Notes: generated from the letters alone by a model not told the origin. A stretch of DNA of 64,000 bases from Myxococcales bacterium (GCA_028287105.1 JAQBQH010000289.1:4544-68543), one strand, 5' to 3'. Counted from the stretch's first letter, positions 10,734-21,265 are shown. Made by a program: numbers and translations.

Positions 10734-11813
10734 GTGGCGACGACGCTGCCAGAGCTTCGACAGGCCATCGACTCGCTCGACGACGAATTCCTGCGTCTGC
10801 TCAATGAGCGCGCCCGCCTGGTGCAAGAAGTGGGCAAGATCAAGGCGCAGCTGAAGCAGCCGTTCTACGTGCCGGAGCGCGAGCGACAGATCCTCGAGCG
10901 GCTGCAGGGCATGAACGGCGGGCCATTTCCGACGGAGGCGCTGCGCTCGGTCTTCAGCGAGATCATCTCCGCGTGTCTGAGCCTCGAGCATCCGCTGCGC
11001 GTGGCGTTCCTCGGGCCCGAGGCGACGTTCACGCACATGGCGGCGCGGTCGCGCTTCGGGCTGTCGGCGCGCTACGTGCCCGCAGCGACGGTGGCGGGCG
11101 TGTTCACCGAGGTGGAGAAGGGGCTGGCGGATCTCGGCGTCGTGCCCATTGAGAACTCGACCGAGGGCGTGGTCAACTCGACGCTCGACGTGCTCATCGA
11201 TTCCGATTTGTGCATCACGGCCGAGATCGCGACCCAGGTCAGCCAGTGCCTGCTGACGCGCTCGGGGACGCTCGAGGGCGTGCAGAAGGTCTACTCGCAT
11301 CCGCAGGCGCTCGGGCAGTGCCGGCAGTGGCTGTCGGCGAATCTGCCGTCGGTGGCGCAGATCGAGGTGGCGTCGACGGCGCTGGCGGCGCGGTTGACGC
11401 GCGACGATCCGGTGGCGGCGGCCGTCGCCAGCGAGCTGGCGGGGCAGCTCTACGATCTGAAGATCGCCAAGCGGCGCATCGAAGACGAGGTGCGCAACGT
11501 GACGCGCTTTCTGGTCATCGGTCGCGAGCCGGCGCCCGCGACGGGGCGCGATAAGACCTCGATCCTGTTCAGCCTCAAGGACTCGGCCGGCGTGCTCTTC
11601 AAGGTGCTGCAGCCGCTGTCGGAGGCGGGCGTGAACCTCTCGCGCATCGAGTCGCGCCCGTCGCGTAAGAAGCTGTGGGACTACGTCTTCTTCATCGACG
11701 TCGACGGCCACACTGGTGAAAAGCCGGTGCAGGAAGCCATCAGCGCGCTCGGCCGGACGTGCGAGTTCGTCAAAGTGCTCGGCTCGTACCCACGCGCCGA
11801 CGCGGAGCCATGA
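10734..11813 (+). CDS. pheA: Chorismate mutase/prephenate dehydratase
   Basis: LRQAIDSLD, LGPEATF, PIENSTEG, SHPQALGQC, NVTRF, IESRP. Confidence 0.96.
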   Translation: MATTLPELRQAIDSLDDEFLRLLNERARLVQEVGKIKAQLKQPFYVPERERQILERLQGMNGGPFPTEALRSVFSEIISACLSLEHPLRVAFLGPEATFTHMAARSRFGLSARYVPAATVAGVFTEVEKGLADLGVVPIENSTEGVVNSTLDVLIDSDLCITAEIATQVSQCLLTRSGTLEGVQKVYSHPQALGQCRQWLSANLPSVAQIEVASTALAARLTRDDPVAAAVASELAGQLYDLKIAKRRIEDEVRNVTRFLVIGREPAPATGRDKTSILFSLKDSAGVLFKVLQPLSEAGVNLSRIESRPSRKKLWDYVFFIDVDGHTGEKPVQEAISALGRTCEFVKVLGSYPRADAEP

Positions 11814-12949
11814 GAGTGTCATCGCCATTGCCATCGAATGATCCGAAGGACGAGCTGGTCGAGCCGGCCATCGCCGGCATCGCGCCCTACGAGCCCGGCA
11901 AACCGATCGAGGAGCTGGAGCGCGAGCTGGGCCACGCCTGGGGCGACGCCGGCGCCATCAAGCTGGCGTCGAACGAAAACCCGTACGGCCCGTCGCCGAA
12001 GGGGATCGAGGCGGCGCGCCGATCCCTCGACGAGGCGAACCTCTATCCGGACGGCGGAGCGTTCGCGCTCAGGCAGAAGCTGGCGGAGCGGCACGGCGTC
12101 GCGCTCAATCAGATCCTGGTCGGATCGGGATCGAACGAGATCATCGATCTCCTGGTGCAGACCTTCTGCGCCGACGGTGACGAGGTGCTGGCGCCGAAAT
12201 ATTCGTTCATCGCCTACAAGCTGGCGGCGCAGAAGAATCGGCGCGCGTTTGCCGAGGCACCGACAGCGCCGGATCTGTCGTACGACGTCGACGCCGTCCT
12301 CGGCGCGGTCGGCCCGCGCACCAAGGTGCTCTTCTTCGCCAATCCGAACAATCCGACCGGCGCCTATCTGGGGCGCGCCGCGTTCGAGCGGCTCGTCGAC
12401 GAGCTGCCGGCGCGCGTGGTGCTCGTCGCCGACGAGGCCTACTTCGAATACGCCGGCGCCGCCGACTATCCCGATGCGACGCGGCTGTTCGGGCGGCGCG
12501 AGCGGCTGGTGGCGCTGCGCACGTTCTCCAAGATCTACGGGCTGGCCGGGCTGCGCGTCGGGTACGCGGTGGCGCCGGCGCGGCTGCTCGACTTCGTCAA
12601 TCGCATCCGGCTGCCGTTCAACGTGGCGGCGACGGCGCAGGCGGCGGCGATCGCGGCGCTCGACGACGCAGCGCATGTGACGCGCGCGCGCGCCGGTAAC
12701 GCCGCCGAGCTGCCGCGGCTGACGGCGACGCTGGCGGCGCTCGGGCTGGCCGTCTTGCCGTCGCAGACCAACTTCGTCCTGGTCGACTTCGGCGCGCGCG
12801 ACGGCCGGCAGCTCTACGACAAGCTCCTCGGCAAGGGCGTCATCGTGCGGCCGATGGGCGGCTACGGGCTGCCGCATCACCTCCGCATCACCGTCGGGAC
12901 CGCGGCCGAGAACGAGCGACTCGTGGCGGCGGTGAAGGACGTCCTGTGA
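11810..12949 (+). CDS. hisC: Histidinol-phosphate/aromatic aminotransferase
   Basis: YEPGKP, KLASNENP, NPNNPTG, DEAY, RTFSKIYGLAGLRVG. Confidence 0.95.
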   Translation: MRVSSPLPSNDPKDELVEPAIAGIAPYEPGKPIEELERELGHAWGDAGAIKLASNENPYGPSPKGIEAARRSLDEANLYPDGGAFALRQKLAERHGVALNQILVGSGSNEIIDLLVQTFCADGDEVLAPKYSFIAYKLAAQKNRRAFAEAPTAPDLSYDVDAVLGAVGPRTKVLFFANPNNPTGAYLGRAAFERLVDELPARVVLVADEAYFEYAGAADYPDATRLFGRRERLVALRTFSKIYGLAGLRVGYAVAPARLLDFVNRIRLPFNVAATAQAAAIAALDDAAHVTRARAGNAAELPRLTATLAALGLAVLPSQTNFVLVDFGARDGRQLYDKLLGKGVIVRPMGGYGLPHHLRITVGTAAENERLVAAVKDVL

Positions 12950-13806
12950 TGGGGCGCCGCGCGGCGCTCATCGGATGCGGCATGGTCGGCGGCTCGCTCG
13001 TCGCGGCGTTGCGCGCGGCCGGCGTCGTCGATCGGGTGCACGGGTACGATCGCGACGCCGAGCATGCGCGGCGCGCACTGACGCTCGGCCTCGTCGACGA
13101 GGTGGCGGCGGACGCGGCGGCGGCGGTGCGCGAGGCCGACCTCGTGGTGCTGGCCGTGCCGGTGCGCGCGACGGCCGAGGTGTGCGCGGCGATCGGCAAG
13201 GCGGTCCCCGGGCGCGCGCTGATCATCGACGTGGGATCGACGAAGCTCGACGTCGTCGCGGCGGCCGAAGCGACGCTGACCGATGCGTCGCGCTTCTGCG
13301 GTGCGCATCCGATGGCGGGCAACGAGAAGAGCGGGCCCGACGCGGCCGACGCCTCGCTGTTCCGCGGGCGGCTGGCGCTGGTCACGCCCGGTGCGCGCAC
13401 CTCGCCCGAGGCGGCGGTCGAGTGCGAGGCGCTGTGGGCCGCGGTCGGGGCGCGAACGCGACGCATGCCGCCGGCGCAGCACGATCGCGTCATGGCGTGG
13501 GTCAGCCACCTGCCGCACGCGGCCGCGTTCGCGCTGGCGGCGGCGGTGGGCGGTGTCGCCGACGAGGTGGCCGGGCTGTCGGGCGGCGGCTTCGTCGACA
13601 CGACGCGCATCGCGGCCTCGGACCCGACGATGTGGCGCGACATCTTCCTCGCCAATCGCGCGCCGCTGCTCGCTGCCATCGACGCGCTCGGCGGCGAGCT
13701 GCAGACGCTGCGCGCCGCCGTCGATGCCGGTGACGACGACGCCATCGAGTCCCTGATCGCGCGCGCACGCGACGGTCGCCGCCGCATCGTCGAGGGGCGC
13801 GCGTGA
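12946..13806 (+). CDS. tyrA: Prephenate/arogenate dehydrogenase
   Basis: GCGMVGGS, DVGSTK, HPMAGNEKSG, SHLPH, DTTRIA. Confidence 0.94.
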   Translation: MMGRRAALIGCGMVGGSLVAALRAAGVVDRVHGYDRDAEHARRALTLGLVDEVAADAAAAVREADLVVLAVPVRATAEVCAAIGKAVPGRALIIDVGSTKLDVVAAAEATLTDASRFCGAHPMAGNEKSGPDAADASLFRGRLALVTPGARTSPEAAVECEALWAAVGARTRRMPPAQHDRVMAWVSHLPHAAAFALAAAVGGVADEVAGLSGGGFVDTTRIAASDPTMWRDIFLANRAPLLAAIDALGGELQTLRAAVDAGDDDAIESLIARARDGRRRIVEGRA

Positions 13807-14786
13807 CGCGGCCGGCGCGCGTGACGCGGCCGGCGCTGGCGATGCTGACGCTGATCGCCGGCTGCGGCGGCTCGATCCATGGCGGCTCGAGCGCGGTCGA
13901 GCGGCCGGTCGGCGAAGATCTCCTGGCGCTGCTCCCGTCGGGGGCGGACGCGGTCATCGACGTCGAAGTGGCGCAGCTCGACGGCTGGCCGACCGCGCGC
14001 CGCCTCCTGACGCTGCTCCCGGAAGAGGGGCGCGCGCAGCTGGCGCAGCTCGGCGACGATCCGCTGGCGCAGATTCAGGCGCTGGCCGTGGCCGTGCACA
14101 AGGCGGGTACGCCCGACGTCGGCACCACCATGGTGGCGCGCGGCGCGCTCGATTGGGATCGACTGCGGGCTGCGCTGACCGGCGCCGTGGAGGGCGAGTA
14201 TCACGGCGCCACGATCGTCGACGGCAACACCGAGTCGATGGCGCGCATCACGCCGACGGTCTTCGCCTTCGGCTCGCGCGTGGCGGTGCGGCGCGTCTGC
14301 GACGTGGCGCGCAAGGACGACGAGGGGCTGCGCACGGCGGCCGTCGACAAGGCGCTGCGCGACGCGCTCGGCCGCGCGCCGACGGCGAAGCTGGGCCGGC
14401 CCGCCATCATGGCTGCGATCGTGCCCACGCCGCCGCTGCGCGAGAAATTGCGCACCGAGAAATGGCAGAGCGCCGCCGACCTCGACTGGGCGGCGGTGTC
14501 GCTCGCCATCGGTGACGGCTTCGACGTCGGGCTCATCGCGGCCGCGCACGGACCGTTCGAGGCCGATTCGTTGACCAAGCTCATGAAGACGCGCGCCGTC
14601 GAGCTCAAGACGCAGGCGACGGTGCGCCTGTTGGGCCTCGTACCGTTCGTGGAGCCGTTCATCGTGATAGCCAAGGAAAAAGAGATCCACGTCGCCTATC
14701 GATTGACCGGCGTGCGCGTCGATCAGCTGGTGACGCGGCTCGAGCAGATGCAGGGTCTCGGCACGCGCAAGGCGGCGCGGCCATGA
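13803..14786 (+). CDS. Hypothetical lipoprotein
   Basis: LIAGC lipobox. GTGA/ATGA overlaps with tyrA and aroA. Confidence 0.75.
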   Translation: MTRPARVTRPALAMLTLIAGCGGSIHGGSSAVERPVGEDLLALLPSGADAVIDVEVAQLDGWPTARRLLTLLPEEGRAQLAQLGDDPLAQIQALAVAVHKAGTPDVGTTMVARGALDWDRLRAALTGAVEGEYHGATIVDGNTESMARITPTVFAFGSRVAVRRVCDVARKDDEGLRTAAVDKALRDALGRAPTAKLGRPAIMAAIVPTPPLREKLRTEKWQSAADLDWAAVSLAIGDGFDVGLIAAAHGPFEADSLTKLMKTRAVELKTQATVRLLGLVPFVEPFIVIAKEKEIHVAYRLTGVRVDQLVTRLEQMQGLGTRKAARP

Positions 14787-16135
14787 GCGCCGACGGAGCC
14801 ATCGAGACGCTAAAGGTGCGCGGGCCGGCGCGCGCGCTGGCGGGCGACGTGGGCGTGCCGGGCGACAAATCGATCGGCCATCGCGCCGTGCTGTTCGCCG
14901 CCATGGCCGACGGGCGGGCCCGCGTGCGCGGCCTCTCGGGCGGCGAAGACAATCGCTCGACCATCGGCGTCCTGCGTGCGCTCGGCGTCCAGATCGACGA
15001 CGTCGGTCGCGGCGAGGTCGACGTCGTCGGGCGCGGCCTCGACGGCCTGCGCGCCGCCGCGGGCGACCTCGACTGCGGCAACTCGGGCACCTCGATGCGG
15101 CTCTTCGCCGGCCTCCTGGCGTCGCGCGCGTTCGCGTCGCGCCTCGTCGGTGATCAGTATCTGCACGCGCGGCCGATGCGGCGGGTCGCCGATCCGCTGC
15201 GCCAGATGGGGGCGCGCCTCGAGGGGCACAGTGGCAAGAAGGAGGGCGAGGTCTATCCGCCGCTCGCCATCGGGCCGCTGCCGTCGGGCGCACGGCTTCA
15301 GGGAATTCGTTGGACGTCGAAGGTGGCGAGCGCGCAGGTCAAGTCGGCCATCGTGCTGGCCGGCCTCGCCGCCGACGGACCGACGACGGTCGTGGAGCCG
15401 GAGCGCTCGCGCGATCACACCGAGCGGATGCTGTCCTACATGGGGGCGCCGCTCACCGTCGACGGACTGGCCGTCACCGTCGATCCGCGCGGCTGGGACG
15501 GCAAGCTCGTCGCGCGCGACCTGGTGGTCGCCGGCGATCTATCCTCGGCCGCGTTCCTCCTCGGCGCGGCCGCGGCCATCCCGGGAAGTCGCGTCACCGT
15601 GCGCGGCGTCGGCGTCAACCCGACCCGCACCGGCGTCCTCGACGCCTTGCGCGCGATGGGCGCGATCATCGAGGTCTCGAACGAGCGCATCGTCGGTGGC
15701 GAGCCGGTTGCGGATCTCACCTGCACCGGCGGCGCCCTGCGCGGCATTCGCATCGCCGGCGAGCTGGCCGTGCGCGCCATCGACGAGCTGCCGCTTCTGG
15801 CGGCGGTGGCCGCGCACGCCGAGGGGGACACCACCATCGCCGACGCGGCCGAGCTGCGGGTCAAGGAATCGGATCGGATCGCTGCGACGGCGGCGATGCT
15901 GCGCGCGCTCGGCGTCGCGGTCGAGGAGCACGCCGACGGTCTCACGGTTCGCGGCGGCCGCGGCGTCACGCCCGGCGTCGTCGAGAGCCACGGCGACCAT
16001 CGCATCGCCATGGCCGGCGCGGTCTGCGCGCTCGGCGCCCGCGGCGAGACGGTCATTCGCGATACACGCAATGTCGCGACCAGCTTCGTCGGGTTCGCCC
16101 CGTCGCTGGCCGCGCTCGGCGCCGACATCCGCTAG
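14783..16135 (+). CDS. aroA: 3-phosphoshikimate 1-carboxyvinyltransferase
   Basis: PGDKSIGHR, DCGNSGT, ASAQVKSA, SRDHTERML, IDE, ELRVKESDRI, GDHRIAM. Confidence 0.96.
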   Translation: MSADGAIETLKVRGPARALAGDVGVPGDKSIGHRAVLFAAMADGRARVRGLSGGEDNRSTIGVLRALGVQIDDVGRGEVDVVGRGLDGLRAAAGDLDCGNSGTSMRLFAGLLASRAFASRLVGDQYLHARPMRRVADPLRQMGARLEGHSGKKEGEVYPPLAIGPLPSGARLQGIRWTSKVASAQVKSAIVLAGLAADGPTTVVEPERSRDHTERMLSYMGAPLTVDGLAVTVDPRGWDGKLVARDLVVAGDLSSAAFLLGAAAAIPGSRVTVRGVGVNPTRTGVLDALRAMGAIIEVSNERIVGGEPVADLTCTGGALRGIRIAGELAVRAIDELPLLAAVAAHAEGDTTIADAAELRVKESDRIAATAAMLRALGVAVEEHADGLTVRGGRGVTPGVVESHGDHRIAMAGAVCALGARGETVIRDTRNVATSFVGFAPSLAALGADIR

Positions 16136-16169
16136 GTCGTCGGACGCGCGTTTGAAAGCTGGCCGGTGA

Positions 16170-17114
16170 TCAGCCGGCGGCGCGTGCGCTGGCGCGCATC
16201 GACGAGGAGACGGTGCGCGGCGGCGCCAGACAGACACGATTGCGTCCGCCGTTCTTCGCTGCGTAGAGCGCCTGGTCCGCCGCTTCGATCATCGCCTCCG
16301 CGGTCAACGAGGCTGCGGAGAAGTCGTCGCTCGTGGTGGCGCCGAGGCTGACGGTGCGCTTGAGCGGAATGCCGCCCGCCATCACTTCGAGCGCCGCGAC
16401 CCGCTCGCGCACGCGCAGGGAGACCGAGGCCGCCTCTTCGCGGCCGCTCTCGACGAGCAAAAGCGCGAACTCTTCGCCGCCGAAGCGGCAGGCGGCGTCG
16501 CCGGCGCGAACCGAGTGTTGCAAGATCTCGGAGACGGAGCCGAGGAGGCGGTCTCCAGTGGGGTGACCGTAGGTGTCGTTGACCTGCTTGAAATGATCGA
16601 TGTCGACGAGCACCAGGGCAAAGCGGCGGCGGTAGCGGCGCGCGCCCGCGATCTCTTCGGCGAGCCGCTGATCGAGATAGCCGCGGTTCCACAAGCCGGT
16701 GAGGGCGTCGATGCTCGAGCGCTCGGCGAGAAGATCGTGATAACGCTTCAGGCGGAGGGCCGAGCGAACGCGCGCGCGCAGCTCGGTGCGGTCGAACGGC
16801 TTGACCACATAGTCGATGGCGCCGAGGTCGAACGCGCGGACCTTGCCTTTGACGTCGCTGGTGCCGCTCACCATGATGACCGGGATGTCGGCGGTGCGCG
16901 GGTTGCCCTTCAAGCGGCGCAGCACGTCGTAGCCGTCGCCGCCGTGCATCACGAGGTCGAGCAGGATGAGGTCGGGCGGCTCGGCGCAGGCGCGTTCGTA
17001 GCCCTGCTCGGGACCGAGCGCGCCGCGCACCTCGCAGCCCTCTTCGAGGAGGTGGCCGGCGAGCAGGCGGTGCATGAGTGGAGAATCGTCGATGACCAGG
17101 ACCGATTGCGCCAT
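16170..17114 (-). CDS. Response regulator diguanylate cyclase (REC-GGDEF)
   Basis: VLVIDD...LILLD...KPF; DALTGLWN, DIDHFKQVNDTYGH, RAGD I-site, GGEEF. Confidence 0.93.
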   Translation of the reverse strand: MAQSVLVIDDSPLMHRLLAGHLLEEGCEVRGALGPEQGYERACAEPPDLILLDLVMHGGDGYDVLRRLKGNPRTADIPVIMVSGTSDVKGKVRAFDLGAIDYVVKPFDRTELRARVRSALRLKRYHDLLAERSSIDALTGLWNRGYLDQRLAEEIAGARRYRRRFALVLVDIDHFKQVNDTYGHPTGDRLLGSVSEILQHSVRAGDAACRFGGEEFALLLVESGREEAASVSLRVRERVAALEVMAGGIPLKRTVSLGATTSDDFSAASLTAEAMIEAADQALYAAKNGGRNRVCLAPPRTVSSSMRASARAAG

Positions 17115-17181
17115 GCCCGTTCCATCGGACGACCGCGCGGCCACTTTAGCCGGGCGCGATGACGATTTGCGAGTCGCTGGT

Positions 17182-19110
17182 CTACGGAACGTTGCGAACG
17201 TTGCGGACGCGCCAGACCCGGGCGCCCTTGGGGCCGAACGCGTCGGCCGAAGGGTTTCCGCGGTCATAGAGCAGCTCGGCTTCGCCGGGGAGCTCGCTGG
17301 CGTCGTCGACGTGGGCGCTCCAGCCGCGGTGCTGTACGACGACGAGGTCGTCGCGTCCGACATGTAGGACGCGCGCCTGCACGTCGAAGTGATGCGTCTC
17401 GTAGGCCGGCTCGACACCGGCTTCGTCGGCGAGCAGCCGGTAGAGGCGATGCGCGTCGCGCGCCGAGCCGTCGGGCAGCGCCATCAGGTAACGCTCGATC
17501 GGATGCGTGCAGAAGATGACGCGGCCGCGCTCGAGCCGATGCGCCGACAGCGCCAGCCGCCCGTCGCCGTCGCGCGCCAGCGACTCGACGGCCGCGCCCG
17601 GCAGTGGCTCGACCGGAATGCGCGCCAGCGACTGCGGCGCCGCCGAGTGCGCCTGTCCGGTCGGGATCGACAGCGTCGGCTCCCCCTTGAAGATCAGCCG
17701 CTCGCCCGGGAGATCGAAGCAGCCGTAGCGCAGGTGGTGGCGCAGCCCCGTGAGCCGCTCGAAGCTCGGGCACCAGGCGCCCTGATGAAATTCGTTCTCG
17801 CCCGAGAAGTAGGACCAGTAGACCGTGGCGCCGGCACGCGCGGCCGCCTCGAGCTTGTGCCAGGTCGGCACGCGCAGCTTCTGCGTCGACGGCACGAGGA
17901 GGAGCGCGTACGACGACAGATCGTCGTCTTCTCCGACCACGTCGAGGTCGATTCCCGCTTGCGAGGCCAGCACGAACGACTGCAGGAGCGAGCGCCTGAG
18001 GCCCGACTTGTCCTCCCACGAAAACGGAAAGGCGCGCTCGACCCAGTCGCTCACCAGGAGCGCCGCGCGCGCCGGCGGCCGGCTCACCTCGGCGTCACCG
18101 ACGGCGTCGACGAGGCGGCGCAGCGCCCGCAGCTCCTCGCAGACCGGCTTCTCGCTGCCGTCCGCGCGCAAGAGGCCGAAGCCCAGCTCGAACGCATGGT
18201 GCGAGTAGGGTGCGAGGAGACCGAGCGTCCGCTCGTCGAAGTCGGTCGCGCACCAGACCATCGCCCCCGCCGCGCCGAGCCCGAACGCCGACAGCACCGA
18301 CTCGCGCACGTAGGCGGCGTGCTCCGCCTCGCCCGCCTGCGTCGACGAGGCGCCGAACTCCTCGAGCAGCACCGGCTTACCGAGCGCCTGCGCGCGGCGG
18401 ATGACGAAGTCGCTGTTCCACGCCTGCCGCAACGGATCGACGTCGCCGTAGTAGACATGCGGTCCGATCCAGTCGACCTCGCCGGCGAGCGCGCGCGTCG
18501 GCCAGCTCGACATCATGCCGTCGCCGGTGCCGACCGGCCGCGTGCCGTCGGCGCTGCGCACCGCCGCGGTCATCGCGCGCGCCCACTCGACGATGGCGCC
18601 CTCGTCGCGCCCGGCCGACCCGCCGACCCACGACGCGCCGCCCCACAGCGGCATCTCGTTCGTCAGGATCCAGCCGGCGATGTTCGGCTCGGAGCGCAGC
18701 GCCCCGACGACCCCGCGCACGAGCGCCGTCTGCCACGCGCGCAGCTCTTCGTCGCTGTACAGGGACCGCGCGCCCTGCCCGGGAAAGTCGAAGTTCTCGC
18801 CCGACATGTGCCCGACGAGCGGCGTCGGATAGAGCGACAGCCCCGCCTCGTGCGCCAGCGCGGCGAAGCGCTTCATCGCCGCCAGCGCCGCTTCGTCGAC
18901 GGCGGGCGGATGCGGCATCATCGTCGGCGCAAACGCGAAGATGCGCAGGCAGTCGAGCCCGGCCGCCTTGAGCGCCGCCAGCTCCGCCTTCACGGTCGTC
19001 TCGTCGAACCGCTCCCACATGCGCGGGCCGCCGGCGCGCGACCAGTAGTTCGCACCGACGGCGAAGCGCTTCGGCAGACCGACGGCAGGGCTCACGGGGC
19101 TGGCGGGCAT
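17182..19110 (-). CDS. Clan GH-A glycoside hydrolase (GH5/GH42-like beta-glycosidase)
   Basis: GANYWSR, GWILTNEM (acid/base Glu), PVLLEEFG (nucleophile). C-terminal trimerisation-like domain. Confidence 0.78.
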   Translation of the reverse strand: MPASPVSPAVGLPKRFAVGANYWSRAGGPRMWERFDETTVKAELAALKAAGLDCLRIFAFAPTMMPHPPAVDEAALAAMKRFAALAHEAGLSLYPTPLVGHMSGENFDFPGQGARSLYSDEELRAWQTALVRGVVGALRSEPNIAGWILTNEMPLWGGASWVGGSAGRDEGAIVEWARAMTAAVRSADGTRPVGTGDGMMSSWPTRALAGEVDWIGPHVYYGDVDPLRQAWNSDFVIRRAQALGKPVLLEEFGASSTQAGEAEHAAYVRESVLSAFGLGAAGAMVWCATDFDERTLGLLAPYSHHAFELGFGLLRADGSEKPVCEELRALRRLVDAVGDAEVSRPPARAALLVSDWVERAFPFSWEDKSGLRRSLLQSFVLASQAGIDLDVVGEDDDLSSYALLLVPSTQKLRVPTWHKLEAAARAGATVYWSYFSGENEFHQGAWCPSFERLTGLRHHLRYGCFDLPGERLIFKGEPTLSIPTGQAHSAAPQSLARIPVEPLPGAAVESLARDGDGRLALSAHRLERGRVIFCTHPIERYLMALPDGSARDAHRLYRLLADEAGVEPAYETHHFDVQARVLHVGRDDLVVVQHRGWSAHVDDASELPGEAELLYDRGNPSADAFGPKGARVWRVRNVRNVP

Positions 19111-20642
19111 GCGTGCATTCCTATGGCGTTGCCGCACGTGTCGAAGTCGCGCGGACCGGCGCAGAATCCGCAATCGACCAGCGACGGAATCGACAGACGC
19201 GGGTAGGCGGCGCAGTCGTCCTCGCGCGCGCAGCGGACAATCAAGCGACTGCTGGGATAATCGACCGTCGTCACGAGGTGCTGTAGAAGCTCGGTGCCGA
19301 TGATGCCGTCGACCGAAGCGGCCGTCGGCCGCACGTCGGAGTTGATGCCGACGATGAGCGGCGTGAGATCGGGCAGCACCCACACCTCGAGCGGCGCCTT
19401 CATCTCGACCACCGCCGGCACGGGCGTATTGATGCTGTCGTCGTTGCACTTGTCGTCGGCGCGCGTGTGCACGCAGGCGCCCGCGTACGGCTCCTGCTGC
19501 GGCGCGCCGCCGGCCACCGAGCATTTGCGATCCGCGTTGATGTAGCAGCAGAGCTCGCCTGCGCAGCTCTGGTGGTTGCCGCCGTTGTAGGCGTCGCGCT
19601 CTGGTTGCGTCGTCGCCAGATAGACGCGGCGGATGCGGCGGCTGCGCGACAGGAGTGCGCACGGACCGAAGAAGAACTCGTTGCCCGAGACCAGCGCCAG
19701 CGACGAGGCGCCGAGCGCTCCCGCCGCGGCGGCGCGCCCGAGCGTCGCCTTGCCCGCCTGCACGCCGGCGCCTTCATCCGCGGGGTCGACCAGATGGAGC
19801 GGCGTCGTTCCGGCGGCGAAGAGCGCGGCCGCCGCGCCGGCCCCGCGCAGTCGATCGTAGGCGTTGGCCGAGAGCGCCATGCCGGGGAAGCCGGTCGACA
19901 CGAGCAGCTTCATGTCGCTGCCGCTCGGCAGGTACGACGGGTTGCTCGGACAATCGAAGCCCGGCGCCACGCACGCCTGAGTCTCGATCGGATCGGGCAG
20001 CGGCTCGAGGCACGCGTCGACCAGGACCCGCGTCGACGGATAGCTGTACTGATCGTTGCCCAGCACGATGCGCGTCTGGCTCTGGATGTTGGTGTCCTGC
20101 CCGCCGGCGAGCTTGAACGGCAGCACCGCGTTGCAGCTGTCCTGGCGCGCGCAGGCGGGCGCCAGCTCGCAGTTGCACGGCGTGACGTTCGACGACAGCG
20201 TCATCGTCGGCGCGGCGGCGCGATAGTCGAGGCCGACGGAGAAGCGCGACAGGTTGTCCCCGCCGATGACGCCGCCGACCGGAGTGACGTCGGCCCCGAC
20301 GCCGAGCGACCCGAGCGGCCCCTGGAACAGCTGCGTGTGCGTGATCGACAGCCGCGGGATCGACTCTCCGGCGCTGCCGATGCCGAACATCGTCAAGTCT
20401 CCGAGGCGCGCGCGCGCCGCCGGGGTGCCGTCGTCGTAGACCGTCAAGATCGTCCCGGTGTCGACCATGACGTCGAACGGCCCCGAGCTGCCGTCGACGC
20501 TGGCGCGCGCGATGAGGCCGCCCGCCGGCCCCGAGAGCTGCATGGGAATGGGGTAGGGGAGCACCTGCCAGTGGCTCTCGGTGCACCCCACGCCCGCGGT
20601 AATGAGCGCCGCGGCGACGATCGCTGCGGCGATGGACCTCAG
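19092..20642 (-). CDS. Cys-rich lipoprotein with aspartyl-protease-like lobes (probable CTG start)
   Basis: GVGC lipobox; MVDTG...GGVIG and LVSTG...DGIIG. Confidence 0.65.
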   Translation of the reverse strand: MRSIAAAIVAAALITAGVGCTESHWQVLPYPIPMQLSGPAGGLIARASVDGSSGPFDVMVDTGTILTVYDDGTPAARARLGDLTMFGIGSAGESIPRLSITHTQLFQGPLGSLGVGADVTPVGGVIGGDNLSRFSVGLDYRAAAPTMTLSSNVTPCNCELAPACARQDSCNAVLPFKLAGGQDTNIQSQTRIVLGNDQYSYPSTRVLVDACLEPLPDPIETQACVAPGFDCPSNPSYLPSGSDMKLLVSTGFPGMALSANAYDRLRGAGAAAALFAAGTTPLHLVDPADEGAGVQAGKATLGRAAAAGALGASSLALVSGNEFFFGPCALLSRSRRIRRVYLATTQPERDAYNGGNHQSCAGELCCYINADRKCSVAGGAPQQEPYAGACVHTRADDKCNDDSINTPVPAVVEMKAPLEVWVLPDLTPLIVGINSDVRPTAASVDGIIGTELLQHLVTTVDYPSSRLIVRCAREDDCAAYPRLSIPSLVDCGFCAGPRDFDTCGNAIGMHACPPAP

Positions 20643-21265
20643 GCGGCCTCCGCCAACTTCGACTTCATTTTCTTGATCAGAGCGTCGTACGACTGCTCGG
20701 TGATGATCTTGTTGAACTGGGTCTTGTAGTTGCGCACCAGGCTCACCTCGTCGGTGACGACGTCCCACACGCGCCATTCGCCGGATACCTTGCGCATCTT
20801 GTAGACGATCTCGGCGTCGCTGTTCTTGCCGGCCGACTTGACCTTCACCACCGTCGTCACCGTGGCATCCTCGCCGTCGACCTGCTCGCCGCGGTACTGC
20901 ACCTGGTAGTCGAGGTTCGAGCGCAGCTGCTTGACGTAGTTGCGCTCGATGAGCTCGCGCAGCGTCGAGACGAACTCCTTGCGCTGCGCCGGCGTCAGCT
21001 TCTCCCAATGCGCGGCGAGCGACCGCTTGGCCAGCTCGTCGTAGTCGAGCAGCGCCGCCGCGAGCTGCTTGATCTCGTCCTTCTGCTTCTGCTCGGCGGG
21101 CGTTCCCTTCTCCACCTTGTTGCGCAGTAGCTTGTCGACCTCGCCGTTCTTCTGCTTCAGCGTCGACAGGGGCGTGCCCGGCGCGGCCAGGGCCAGCGCG
21201 GGCACGAGCAAAGCTGCGAAAACGAGCGTACGCATGATCATCTGACGTTCCACCCCGCGTTTCAT
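20639..21265 (-). CDS. MlaC/Ttg2D-family periplasmic lipid-binding protein
   Basis: DYDELAKRSLAAHW..LTPAQRKEF, WRVWDVV.DEVSLVRNYKTQF. Confidence 0.88.
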   Translation of the reverse strand: MKRGVERQMIMRTLVFAALLVPALALAAPGTPLSTLKQKNGEVDKLLRNKVEKGTPAEQKQKDEIKQLAAALLDYDELAKRSLAAHWEKLTPAQRKEFVSTLRELIERNYVKQLRSNLDYQVQYRGEQVDGEDATVTTVVKVKSAGKNSDAEIVYKMRKVSGEWRVWDVVTDEVSLVRNYKTQFNKIITEQSYDALIKKMKSKLAEAA

